Below are positions 43,359 through 52,017 of a stretch of 64,000 nt of DNA, piece by piece; the first letter of the stretch is position 1; the number at the start of each line of letters is the position of its first letter. Made by a program: the position numbers and the translations under genes. The notes below the pieces were generated by a model that ran no database searches, was not told the DNA's origin, and worked only from the letters and a program-made list of their open reading frames with translations. The stretch spans positions 32,001-96,000 of the forward strand of contig CAVSGG010000007.1 of the NCBI GenBank assembly GCA_963727455.1. The letters run 5' to 3'. The stretch comes from Candidatus Krumholzibacteriota bacterium. GTDB taxonomy: Bacteria > Krumholzibacteriota > Krumholzibacteriia > JAJRXK01.

Positions 43359-43976
43359 ATGCCGGACCGTTCTCAAGCTCCAGGTCGTCCATCGACGGTG
43401 CTGTCCAACGATCAGGCCACAGCCAGCGTCATCGATACGCTCAAGTCGAACGAGCACCTCGCGGCGGAAAATCCGCGCGAGGCTCTCGACGAGATGCTCG
43501 CGTTCCTCGCGGCGCGAGGACCGCACGCACTGGTCCTGAGCCGCATCGCCGTTCTCAAGCAGAAGCTCGGCGAGGAAGACGCGCTGAGCACCGTGAAGGA
43601 GGCGGTGCAGCTGGCGGTATCGGTGGGCAATCTCTCTGCCATCAGCGAAACTCTGGCCCCCTTCGGCGAGCAGTGGGACGCCCTGGAACTCGAGCCCGAG
43701 CAGTGGATCAAGTTGGGGGCGGTGCAGCGCTCGACGCACCATTTTGACCTCGCGCAGCGGATCTACGCCTATTTGCTGGAAGAGGATCCCAGCCGCCTGA
43801 AAGCGGTGAAGGGAATGCTGCAGCTGGCGGACGATCATCTCCGTCGCCCGGAGACCACGGAAAAGGCCCTTCGGGTCTACGACCAGCTCGAAGAACTCGC
43901 GCCGGACCATCCTTTCGAGGAATACGTCGAAATGGGCCGCGAGCTGGCCGCGCGCCAGCTGGAACCGAGCACTTAG
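43359..43976 (+). CDS. Alpha-helical, TPR-like hypothetical protein
   Basis: GAGGAG RBS; AQRIYAYLLEEDP, ALRVYDQLEELAPDHP. Confidence 0.6.
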   Translation: MPDRSQAPGRPSTVLSNDQATASVIDTLKSNEHLAAENPREALDEMLAFLAARGPHALVLSRIAVLKQKLGEEDALSTVKEAVQLAVSVGNLSAISETLAPFGEQWDALELEPEQWIKLGAVQRSTHHFDLAQRIYAYLLEEDPSRLKAVKGMLQLADDHLRRPETTEKALRVYDQLEELAPDHPFEEYVEMGRELAARQLEPST

Positions 43977-44734
43977 TCGTCGCCCTTCAGGTGGCGGATC
44001 CAGAGCTTCACGTCACGGAGAAAGCGCCCGAGGACGGTGAGGCTTGCCCAGAGGAACCCCGGGAATCCGTCGCGCCATCCCCCCCGGAAGAAATACACCC
44101 GGCAAAAGGTCGAAGGCGGGCTCGTGATGAGATGCCAGGTGTCGAAACTGCGTGAGCCTTCACGAATCTCCAGCGTGGTGTAGAGGTCCATCTTGCGTAG
44201 ATAGCTGTCGACCCCGCCGAAGGTGTAATGATCCAGCGGCTCGTTGAGCAGTCCGATCGCCGTTCCGGGTGGCAGGGTCACTCCCTCGTGAACCAGATGG
44301 CCGTTGTACCTGGCTTCCGCGCGCCGAAAGAGACGCAGCTGAGTGTCGCGCTCCAGACCCATCGAAGTCATTTGCCGTCCAAGGACGAAATTGCGCCGGC
44401 GCAAGCGAAATCCGCCCATTCCCACCAGTTGCTGATTCGCCTCCAGCTGCCGGATCTTCCGCGCCAGTTCCGAGGAGACTCTCTCGTCGGCGTCCAAGGC
44501 CAGCACCCATTCCTTTTGGGCCTCGTCCAAAGCTCTCTGTTTGGCCTGACTGAAATCCTCAAAGGGGGCTTCCAGCAGTCGCAAATTCTTCTCGGCTCGC
44601 GCGATTGCGAGCGTGGAGTCGGTGCTGCCCGTGTCCACCAACACGATCTCATCGGCCAGCTCACGCACGCTGGCCAGCGCTCCGGCGAGCTTGTCCTCTT
44701 CGTTGCGCGTGATGATGATGACGCTCAATGTCAT
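43973..44734 (-). CDS. Glycosyltransferase family 2 (WaaE/LgtF-like)
   Basis: IITRNEE, VDTGSTD, LDADE, VHE, GWRDGFPG. Confidence 0.9.
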   Translation of the reverse strand: MTLSVIIITRNEEDKLAGALASVRELADEIVLVDTGSTDSTLAIARAEKNLRLLEAPFEDFSQAKQRALDEAQKEWVLALDADERVSSELARKIRQLEANQQLVGMGGFRLRRRNFVLGRQMTSMGLERDTQLRLFRRAEARYNGHLVHEGVTLPPGTAIGLLNEPLDHYTFGGVDSYLRKMDLYTTLEIREGSRSFDTWHLITSPPSTFCRVYFFRGGWRDGFPGFLWASLTVLGRFLRDVKLWIRHLKGDD

Positions 44735-44890
44735 GGGAAGTGCGCCCCGGCCGGGATTCTTCGGCTTGCCCCCTGGGGCTTGCCATACTTGTTTGAAGGC
44801 TCGCGGGAGCGAGTATCCGCGGCCGCCACGGCGGACGTCAACGCCCGGGGTAGAATCCCCGACCTCATCTCAGGCAGGAAAGAACGGACC

Positions 44891-46009
44891 ATGGCCCATC
44901 TCACCCAGCAGCAAGTCGAAGATACGTTGAAAACGGTGAAATATCCGGGATTTCGGCGCGATATCGTCTCCTTCGGACTGGTCAAGGAGATCCGGATCGA
45001 GGGCGCCACGGTACACGTCCTGCTGGAGCACGGCATCGACGACCTTCAGACCCTACGCTCGATTCAGAAGGATGCCCAGGCGGCTCTGGATGCCCTGCCA
45101 GGAGTGCAGGCGGCCCACCTGGAGCTGCGGGGCAAGGCCAGCGCCCCGAAGGCGGCGCCCAGGAAACCCGGCCCCTCAGCGCACGGCCACCCTCCCGCCG
45201 GCTCGGGCGATCCGTGGGCGGGACAGGCGGCACTGCCCCAAGTGAAATCCATTCTGGCCGTGGCGAGCGCGAAGGGCGGCGTGGGAAAATCGACGGTGGC
45301 TACCAATCTGGCCCTGGCCCTCGCCCGCCGTGGGCAGAAGGTGGGATTGCTCGACGCGGACATCTACGGTCCAAGCCTCCCCACGATGCTGGGGATCGAC
45401 GAGCAGCCGCAGATCTCCGAGGATCGCAAGATCCTGCCGATCCACAAAGAGGGCATCGCCTGCATGTCCATCGGCTTTCTCGTGCCGCGCGACAAGGCCA
45501 TGATCTGGCGCGGCCCCATGGTGATGGGCGCGGTGACCCAGTTCTTGAACGAGGTGGTCTGGGGCGATCTGGACGTGCTCGTGGTGGATCTGCCGCCGGG
45601 CACCGGCGATGCGCAGCTCACGCTCGTACAGAGAGTTCCGCTGAGTGGGGTGATCATGGTGACCACGCCGCAGGATGTCGCACTCATCGACGTGGTGCGC
45701 GGTATTCAGATGTTCGAGGAGACCAAGGTTCCCATCGTCGGCGTGGTGGAGAACATGAGTGGATTCATCTGTCCGCATTGCGGTCACGAGGAAGATGTGT
45801 TTGGAAAGGGTGGGGGCAAGCGGACCAGTGATCGCTTCGGTGTTCCCTATCTGGGGAGCATACCGATCGAGGCCCGCGTCCGCGAGTGCGGAGATACGGG
45901 TCTTCCGGTGGTCGCATCTTCCTCCGAGAGTCCCGCCACCCGGGCCTTCATGGAAGTGGCCCGGCAGGTGGAACTCTTTCTGCGCGAACGAGTCCTCTCT
46001 CGCAGCTAA
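44891..46009 (+). CDS. mrp: Mrp/ApbC Fe-S cluster carrier ATPase
   Basis: KGGVGKST, DADIYGPS, WRGPM, DLPPGTGD, ENMS.FICPHC. Confidence 0.93.
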   Translation: MAHLTQQQVEDTLKTVKYPGFRRDIVSFGLVKEIRIEGATVHVLLEHGIDDLQTLRSIQKDAQAALDALPGVQAAHLELRGKASAPKAAPRKPGPSAHGHPPAGSGDPWAGQAALPQVKSILAVASAKGGVGKSTVATNLALALARRGQKVGLLDADIYGPSLPTMLGIDEQPQISEDRKILPIHKEGIACMSIGFLVPRDKAMIWRGPMVMGAVTQFLNEVVWGDLDVLVVDLPPGTGDAQLTLVQRVPLSGVIMVTTPQDVALIDVVRGIQMFEETKVPIVGVVENMSGFICPHCGHEEDVFGKGGGKRTSDRFGVPYLGSIPIEARVRECGDTGLPVVASSSESPATRAFMEVARQVELFLRERVLSRS

Positions 46010-46042
46010 GTGCTTAGGATCCATGGCCGAGAGGAGAGACCC

Positions 46043-46513
46043 ATGGTGATGAAACTCCTCAATTACTGTTCGCCCGAACTCTGCTTTGCCTCGTTGAAGG
46101 CGGCGGACCGCAGAGAATGCCTCGAAGTGCTTGTCGACCGCCTGGCCGAGCTCGGGCGCATCAACGACTCACCGGCCCTTCTGGATGCGGTCCTGGCGCG
46201 CGAAGAGATGGAGTCCACCGGAATCGGCGGCGGAATGGCGCTGCCCCACGTGCGCAGCGAGCAGCTCGCGGGCAGCGTGGTGATGATTGCCCATCTGGCC
46301 GAGCCCATCGATTTCAACGCGGCCGACGGTGAGCCCGTCGATCTGATCTTTCTTCTCGTGGGTTCGCGGGAACTCCCCGGTCAACAGCTGCGGGTCCTGG
46401 CCCGGATCTCCAAACTACTGCGTATCGATTCCTTCCTCGCCGCGCTGCGATCGGCGGAGACTCCCGCTGCCATTATGGCCGCTCTGCGCGAAGTCGAAGC
46501 CAAACACTTCTAG
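46043..46513 (+). CDS. Stand-alone PTS EIIA (Ntr/fructose-type) protein
   Basis: ARE..ESTGIGGG.ALPH, DFNAADGEPVDLIFLL. Confidence 0.88.
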   Translation: MVMKLLNYCSPELCFASLKAADRRECLEVLVDRLAELGRINDSPALLDAVLAREEMESTGIGGGMALPHVRSEQLAGSVVMIAHLAEPIDFNAADGEPVDLIFLLVGSRELPGQQLRVLARISKLLRIDSFLAALRSAETPAAIMAALREVEAKHF

Positions 46514-46729
46514 AAGTTTTCGCCTCGGCTCTCTCGCCTTTCCATTTCCCCGCGCTCGCGCGGGCTGCTCGAGAGAAAGAAAAATCTGGGGACTATCGAA
46601 TCTTCTTCTTCCCCATCTCTTTCCAGTTTGCTAGCGTAGTTGCTCTTTCCCGCGGGTAGTAGCGGTCCACGCAGCCAGGGAGGATTTTTCACATCCTGCC
46701 CGTCGTGACTCTCGACCGCTCCTCGCTCG

Positions 46730-49700
46730 ATGATCCGATCGGCGGCCCTTCGCGGCCGTCAGCCAAGGAGCTGGACCTTGCGACGCAAACTGGGAATGGC
46801 CGCAACGCTGGCCGTCACGACCCTTTGGGTTCTTCTCGCGCTGGGCGCAACGACCGCGGTGGCACAGCCCACACTGGTCAGCGTTCAGAACACCGACTTG
46901 TCCACTGTGGTCGTCACCTTTTCCGAGAACATCGACACTGTGACCGGGGAAACGGCCTCCAACTACTTTCTTTTCGAGAAGGACACCCCGGGGAATCAAC
47001 CTGGCATTTCCAGCGCGTCAGTCTCGGGAACGGAGGTGACGCTCGCGCTCGCCACTCCCCTCACCGGAGGTGTGGTCTACACCCTGCGGGTGCAGAACGT
47101 GGAGAACACTTCGAACCAGCCCATCTCTGGCGTGCCCGCTTTGGATTTCACTGCCACGGGAGGCAGCAGCGCCACTCCGATCGCAGACATTCAAGGAAAC
47201 GAAGCTGCCTACGACGGTCAGGTCGTCACGGTGGAAGGCGTGGTGTACATCCCGACCAATTACCGGGGCACCACGATTTCCGGTTACATCCAGGACAGCT
47301 CGGGACGCGGGATCAACCTCTTCGGCAGCGGGATGGACGTGGCCGAGCTTCAGGCCGTGGGCAATCGCGTGAGCGTCACCGGCACCGTATCTACTTACTT
47401 CACCACGGTGGAAATCACCAATCCCACCGACGTGACGCTCCTCTCTAGCGGCAATCCCCTGCCCACCGCGGCGCAGCTTTCTACGGGGGCGGCGGCCAAC
47501 GCGCAGTGGGAAGGGACTTTCATCGAGGTCACCGGGACCATCAGCGCGCAGGCCGTGTCAGGACCGGGGACCAACTACACGATTAACGACGGTTCGGGAC
47601 CGATTGACGTGCGCGTCGTGGACACACTTAGCGCTCCTAACTTCAGTAACGGCACCACCATCACCGCGCGTGGCGCGGGAGGAGCTTTCTCCACCACCTT
47701 CCAGGTCTTGGTGGGCGCGGCTTCTGACGTTTCTACTGCGGGTCCTACGGAGCTCGCGGTGAGCGACGCCTCGGCCAGCGACGCGACCACGGTGGTCGTC
47801 AACTTCAACAAGGCCATCGATGCGGCTAGCGCGAGCGATCCTGGATCGTTCAGCGTCTATCCCACGGGGCAGCCGGGAAGTCCCTTCAGCGTGACCGCAG
47901 TGAGCCCCGCCAGCGCGAGCGTCACTCTCACTCTGGGATCTTCGCTCAGTGACGGAGTGTCCTACACCGTCGAGGTGGCCGACGTCGAAGACACCGGCGG
48001 CGGCGTCATCGGCAGCAGCAACTCGGCGAGCTTCACCTTCACTGCCTCGAGCGCGACTTCCATTGCCACCATTCAGGCCAATCCCTCTTCCTATGATGGC
48101 CAGGTGGTCACGGTGGAAGGCGTGGTCTACATCCCCAGCGACTATCGCGGGGCCACCATTTCCGGTTACATCCAGGACAGTTCGGGTCGGGGGATCAATC
48201 TCTTCGGCTCGGGCTTTGACGTTCCGGCCGCCCAGACCGTGGGCAACCGGATCCGAGTGACCGGTACCGTCTCCCTGTACTTCAGTACCGTGGAGATTTC
48301 CAATCCGACCGAAGTGACGGTGCTCTCGGGCGACAATCCGCGGCCGTCGGCGGTGCAGCTCAGCACGGGCGCTGCGTCCAGCAGCGACTGGGAAGGTACT
48401 TTCATCGAGGTCACCGGAACCATCAGCTCGCAGGCGGTGGGAGGACCGGGGACCAACTACACGGTGAATGACGGCTCGGGTACGATCGTCGTTAGGGTCG
48501 TGGACACTCTGGGCGCGCCGAGCTACAGCAACGGCACCACGATCACCGCGCGGGGTGCGGGTGGATACTTCGACCCCGACTACCAGGTACTGGTGGGTCT
48601 GGTCAGCGACATCAGCACCGGCGGCGGGGCCGATACCGATCCCCCCACCGTGACCGGAGCCAGCGCTACTTCTGCCAACTCCGTCAGCGTGAATTTCAAC
48701 GAGCCTCTGGACTCGACCACCGCGCAGAGTGCGAGCAACTATCAGCTTTATGAGACCTCCGCTCCGGCCAACACCATCATGGTGAGCGGTGCGACGCTGG
48801 TCGGAAGCAAGGTCACCCTGAGCCTCGGCTCCGACATGACGGATGGGACTTCTTATACCGTTTCGGTCACGGGCGTGGAGGACCTCGCGGGAAACGTGAT
48901 CGCGGGCAGCAACACTGCTTCCTTCACCTACACCGCATCCAACGCCACTCCCATTGCCACCATTCAGGCCAATCCCTCTTCCTATGATGGCCAGGTGGTC
49001 ACGGTGGAAGGCGTGGTCTACATCCCCAGCGACTATCGCGGGGCCACCATTTCCGGTTACATCCAGGACAGTTCGGGTCGGGGGATCAATCTCTTCGGCT
49101 CGGGCTTTGACGTTCCGGCCGCCCAGACCGTGGGCAACCGGATCCGAGTGACCGGTACCGTCTCCCTGTACTTCAGTACCGTGGAGATTTCCAATCCGAC
49201 CGAAGTGACGGTGCTCTCGGGTGACAATCCGCGGCCGTCGGCGGTGCAGCTCAGCACGGGCGCTGCGTCCAGCAGCGACTGGGAAGGTACTTTCATCGAG
49301 GTTACCGGAACCATCAGCTCGCAGGCGGTGGGAGGACCGGGGACCAACTACACGGTGAATGACGGCTCGGGTACGATCGTCGTTAGGGTCGTGGACACTC
49401 TGGGCGCGCCGAGCTACAGCAACGGCACCACGATCACCGCGCGGGGTGCGGGTGGATACTTCGACCCCGACTACCAGGTACTGGTGGGTCTGGTCAGCGA
49501 CATCAGCACCGGCGGCGGAGCCGATACCGATCCCCCCACCGTGACGACCGCAAACGCCAGCTCTGCAACTTCCGTCAGCGTGAACTTCAATGAAGCCCTG
49601 GACACCGCGACGGCGCAGACCGCGAGCAACTACCAGGTGTTCGAGACCGCCACTCCCGCGAATACCTTCGCGGTGAGCAGCGCCGCTCTCAACGGCAGCC

Positions 49701-51088
49701 GCGTTACTTTGACTCTGGCGTCCGGGCTGACCGAGGGTACCTCGTACACCGTCTCCGTGAGCAACGTGGAGGATGTGGCGGGGAACGTGATCGCGGGGAG
49801 TAATACGGCGGTCTTTACCTACACTGCATCCAATGCGATTCCCATCGCCACCATTCAGGCCGATCCCGAGAGCTACGATGGCCAGGTGGTCACGGTGCAG
49901 GGCGTGGTGTACATCCCCAGCGACTACCGCGGCGCCACGACCTCGGGTTACATCCAGGATTCCTCGGGTCGAGGGATTAACGTCTTCGGCAGCGGCTTCA
50001 ACGTCGCGGCCACACAAACCGTGGGCAACCAGGTCGAGGTGACGGGAACGGTCTCTCTCTACTTCACCACGGTCGAAATCACCAATCCGACGACGGTGAA
50101 GGTGCTTTCGGGCGGCAATCCGCGACCGCCGGTAGCCCAGCTCTCCACTGGGGCGGCGGCCAACGGGCAGTGGGAGGGGACCTTCATCGAGGTCTCCGGA
50201 CCGATCACTGCGCAAGCGGTTGCGGGTCCCGGCGTGAATTACACGGTGAACGACGGCTCGGGGCCGATCGACATTCGCGTGGTGGACACGCTTAGCGCAC
50301 CCACCTTCAGCAACGGCACCACCATCACGGCACGCGGCGCGGGTGGTTTGTTCGGGAGCACCTATCAGGTGAATGTGGGATTGGCGAGCGACATTTTCGA
50401 GGGCAAGCCTGACGACACCTCGCCTCCAAGAATCGACCGAGCCAGCCTGGAAACCGCCTCGACGGTGATCATCGATTTCAGCGAGGGGCTGGAGCCGAGT
50501 TCCGCCACTGCGAGTTCCAATTACCAGGTCTATCGCACCAACGCTCCCTCGCAAACCGCCGGGGTGGTCAGTGCCGAATTCGCGTCGGGATCGGCGAACC
50601 GTATCCGTCTGACCCTCGACCGTAACCTGGGACTGGAGGAGAACTGGTCGGTGCGCGTGACGGGGGTGGCCGACCTGAATGGCAACGCCATCCCGGCGCC
50701 CGGGCTGACCGCCAACCTCGCACCTCTCCTGGTGGACGCCATCAAGTTGGAGGGTCCACCCTTCACTTTCCTGCCTCGCGACGGCGAGCGCTATCCGCTG
50801 ACCATCAATCTCACTTCCGATCTCATCGCGAAAAACGGCGAAGTGATCCTGAGAATCTTCAACATGAACGGGACTCTCGTGAAGACTCTATTCGACAGTC
50901 GAGTGACGACACTCGAGTCCGTATTCAACGACAACCGGGCGACCTTCGAGTGGGACGGCAAGGACGAATTCGGCGAGTTTGTACCGGCCGGCGCATACGT
51001 AGCACACCTGCAGACGCGCTCCACCGGTAGCGACGGATCCAAAGAGAAGCAGATGCCCGTGGTCGTGGCATCGCGCTTGGACCGATAG
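46730..51088 (+). CDS. Large secreted protein: (Ig-like + two OB folds) x4, fifth Ig-like, C-terminal FlgD-Ig/T9SS-like domain
   Basis: Signal peptide ending AVA-Q; V.FSE/FNE..D..TA...SNY Ig units; IA.IQ...GQVVTVEGVV...YIQD..G.GI OB units; IFNMNG.LVKTL...WDGKD..GE.VPAG.Y; start may be 46796. Confidence 0.85.
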   Translation: MIRSAALRGRQPRSWTLRRKLGMAATLAVTTLWVLLALGATTAVAQPTLVSVQNTDLSTVVVTFSENIDTVTGETASNYFLFEKDTPGNQPGISSASVSGTEVTLALATPLTGGVVYTLRVQNVENTSNQPISGVPALDFTATGGSSATPIADIQGNEAAYDGQVVTVEGVVYIPTNYRGTTISGYIQDSSGRGINLFGSGMDVAELQAVGNRVSVTGTVSTYFTTVEITNPTDVTLLSSGNPLPTAAQLSTGAAANAQWEGTFIEVTGTISAQAVSGPGTNYTINDGSGPIDVRVVDTLSAPNFSNGTTITARGAGGAFSTTFQVLVGAASDVSTAGPTELAVSDASASDATTVVVNFNKAIDAASASDPGSFSVYPTGQPGSPFSVTAVSPASASVTLTLGSSLSDGVSYTVEVADVEDTGGGVIGSSNSASFTFTASSATSIATIQANPSSYDGQVVTVEGVVYIPSDYRGATISGYIQDSSGRGINLFGSGFDVPAAQTVGNRIRVTGTVSLYFSTVEISNPTEVTVLSGDNPRPSAVQLSTGAASSSDWEGTFIEVTGTISSQAVGGPGTNYTVNDGSGTIVVRVVDTLGAPSYSNGTTITARGAGGYFDPDYQVLVGLVSDISTGGGADTDPPTVTGASATSANSVSVNFNEPLDSTTAQSASNYQLYETSAPANTIMVSGATLVGSKVTLSLGSDMTDGTSYTVSVTGVEDLAGNVIAGSNTASFTYTASNATPIATIQANPSSYDGQVVTVEGVVYIPSDYRGATISGYIQDSSGRGINLFGSGFDVPAAQTVGNRIRVTGTVSLYFSTVEISNPTEVTVLSGDNPRPSAVQLSTGAASSSDWEGTFIEVTGTISSQAVGGPGTNYTVNDGSGTIVVRVVDTLGAPSYSNGTTITARGAGGYFDPDYQVLVGLVSDISTGGGADTDPPTVTTANASSATSVSVNFNEALDTATAQTASNYQVFETATPANTFAVSSAALNGSRVTLTLASGLTEGTSYTVSVSNVEDVAGNVIAGSNTAVFTYTASNAIPIATIQADPESYDGQVVTVQGVVYIPSDYRGATTSGYIQDSSGRGINVFGSGFNVAATQTVGNQVEVTGTVSLYFTTVEITNPTTVKVLSGGNPRPPVAQLSTGAAANGQWEGTFIEVSGPITAQAVAGPGVNYTVNDGSGPIDIRVVDTLSAPTFSNGTTITARGAGGLFGSTYQVNVGLASDIFEGKPDDTSPPRIDRASLETASTVIIDFSEGLEPSSATASSNYQVYRTNAPSQTAGVVSAEFASGSANRIRLTLDRNLGLEENWSVRVTGVADLNGNAIPAPGLTANLAPLLVDAIKLEGPPFTFLPRDGERYPLTINLTSDLIAKNGEVILRIFNMNGTLVKTLFDSRVTTLESVFNDNRATFEWDGKDEFGEFVPAGAYVAHLQTRSTGSDGSKEKQMPVVVASRLDR
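48060..48654 (+). repeat. Intragenic direct repeat copy 1 (~595 bp)
   Basis: Matches 48951-49545 at 891-bp offset; 3 mismatches seen by eye. Confidence 0.9.
48951..49545 (+). repeat. Intragenic direct repeat copy 2 (~595 bp)
   Basis: Near-identical to 48060-48654; shadow ORFs are also duplicated in the ORF track. Confidence 0.9.
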
Positions 51089-51101
51089 GAGGCACGGCTC
51101 A

Positions 51102-52016
51102 ATGCAATCGAAACGAACTCCGATTCTCCTGCTGCTGCCTCTGCTCTTGCTGGTCGCGACCAGCGCCCGGGCGGCCTTCGACGACCTCGCGGTGAGTCCG
51201 CGAGCGCGCGCCATGGGTTCGGCCGTGGTTGCGGTCGACGGCGATGCCTGGAGTTTTTACAACAACCCGGCGCTCTTGCCCTGGTTGGATAAGCCGGCAG
51301 CGGCCGCGGCGACTGCCGAACCCAACAACGGCGGGTACAACCGTCTGAGCACTCTGGGGGGAGCGATGCCCCTCCCGGGAAACTGGGGCGGTCTGGCAAT
51401 AGGCCTTCGGCACCTGGGTGTCGACAACAACGGCACGAGCCTTTTGAGCGAATACACGATCTCCGTTTCCAACGGATTTCAACTCTTCAAGGACGAAGCT
51501 TCCGGCGCGGCGGTGGGTTGGACCCTGAACTTCTACAACCTCGACTTCGGGCAGAGCATCGGGCTGGCCGGGGACGGAAGCAACGGGATCGACCCGGGCA
51601 ATGCCTGGGCTACCGGGCTGGATCTCGCTGGAATCGTGGAGGTATGGGACCGCACGAAGATTGGCTTCGTCGCCAAGAATATCAACAATCCCACGATTGG
51701 TGACGACAACGAGGAACTCATCCAGCAGGTGGCCATCGGAGTGAGCTATCAGCCTTACGAACAGGTCACGACCGCGTTCGACATCCGTAGCCGCGTGGGG
51801 GAGGAGTTCCGGGTCCACGGCGGGGCCGAGTTCGGTGTTCTCGACGTACTCGATCTGAGGGCGGGGCTCGAAACCGATCCCAACAAACTCTGCGCCGGAT
51901 TCGGAGTTCACTTTCACGGCGCCACGCTCGACTACGCTTTCTCCACCGGGGGAGGCGTTCTCGAGTCGACGCATCAATTCGGTCTGAGCTATCGCTTCTC
52001 GGGAGGGGGGGAGTAG
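51102..52016 (+). CDS. PorV/PorQ-like outer-membrane beta-barrel
   Basis: Signal peptide; SPRARAMG.A.VA..GD......NPA; C-terminal LDYAF...THQFGLSYRF. Confidence 0.75.
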   Translation: MQSKRTPILLLLPLLLLVATSARAAFDDLAVSPRARAMGSAVVAVDGDAWSFYNNPALLPWLDKPAAAAATAEPNNGGYNRLSTLGGAMPLPGNWGGLAIGLRHLGVDNNGTSLLSEYTISVSNGFQLFKDEASGAAVGWTLNFYNLDFGQSIGLAGDGSNGIDPGNAWATGLDLAGIVEVWDRTKIGFVAKNINNPTIGDDNEELIQQVAIGVSYQPYEQVTTAFDIRSRVGEEFRVHGGAEFGVLDVLDLRAGLETDPNKLCAGFGVHFHGATLDYAFSTGGGVLESTHQFGLSYRFSGGGE

Positions 52017-52017
52017 C

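Noticed and set aside
47170-50400. Repeats as CRISPR array, mobile element or DGR template/variable pair
   Set aside because: They are in-frame 891-bp protein-domain repeats with synonymous differences that are not adenine-specific; no spacers, cas, transposase or reverse transcriptase nearby.
47558-50554. 998-aa minus-strand ORF
   Set aside because: Antisense shadow of the repeat protein, caused by GC-rich codon bias; no motifs. The same applies to other long antisense ORFs (21904-23925, 26370-28010, 56055-57803, 58041-59426).
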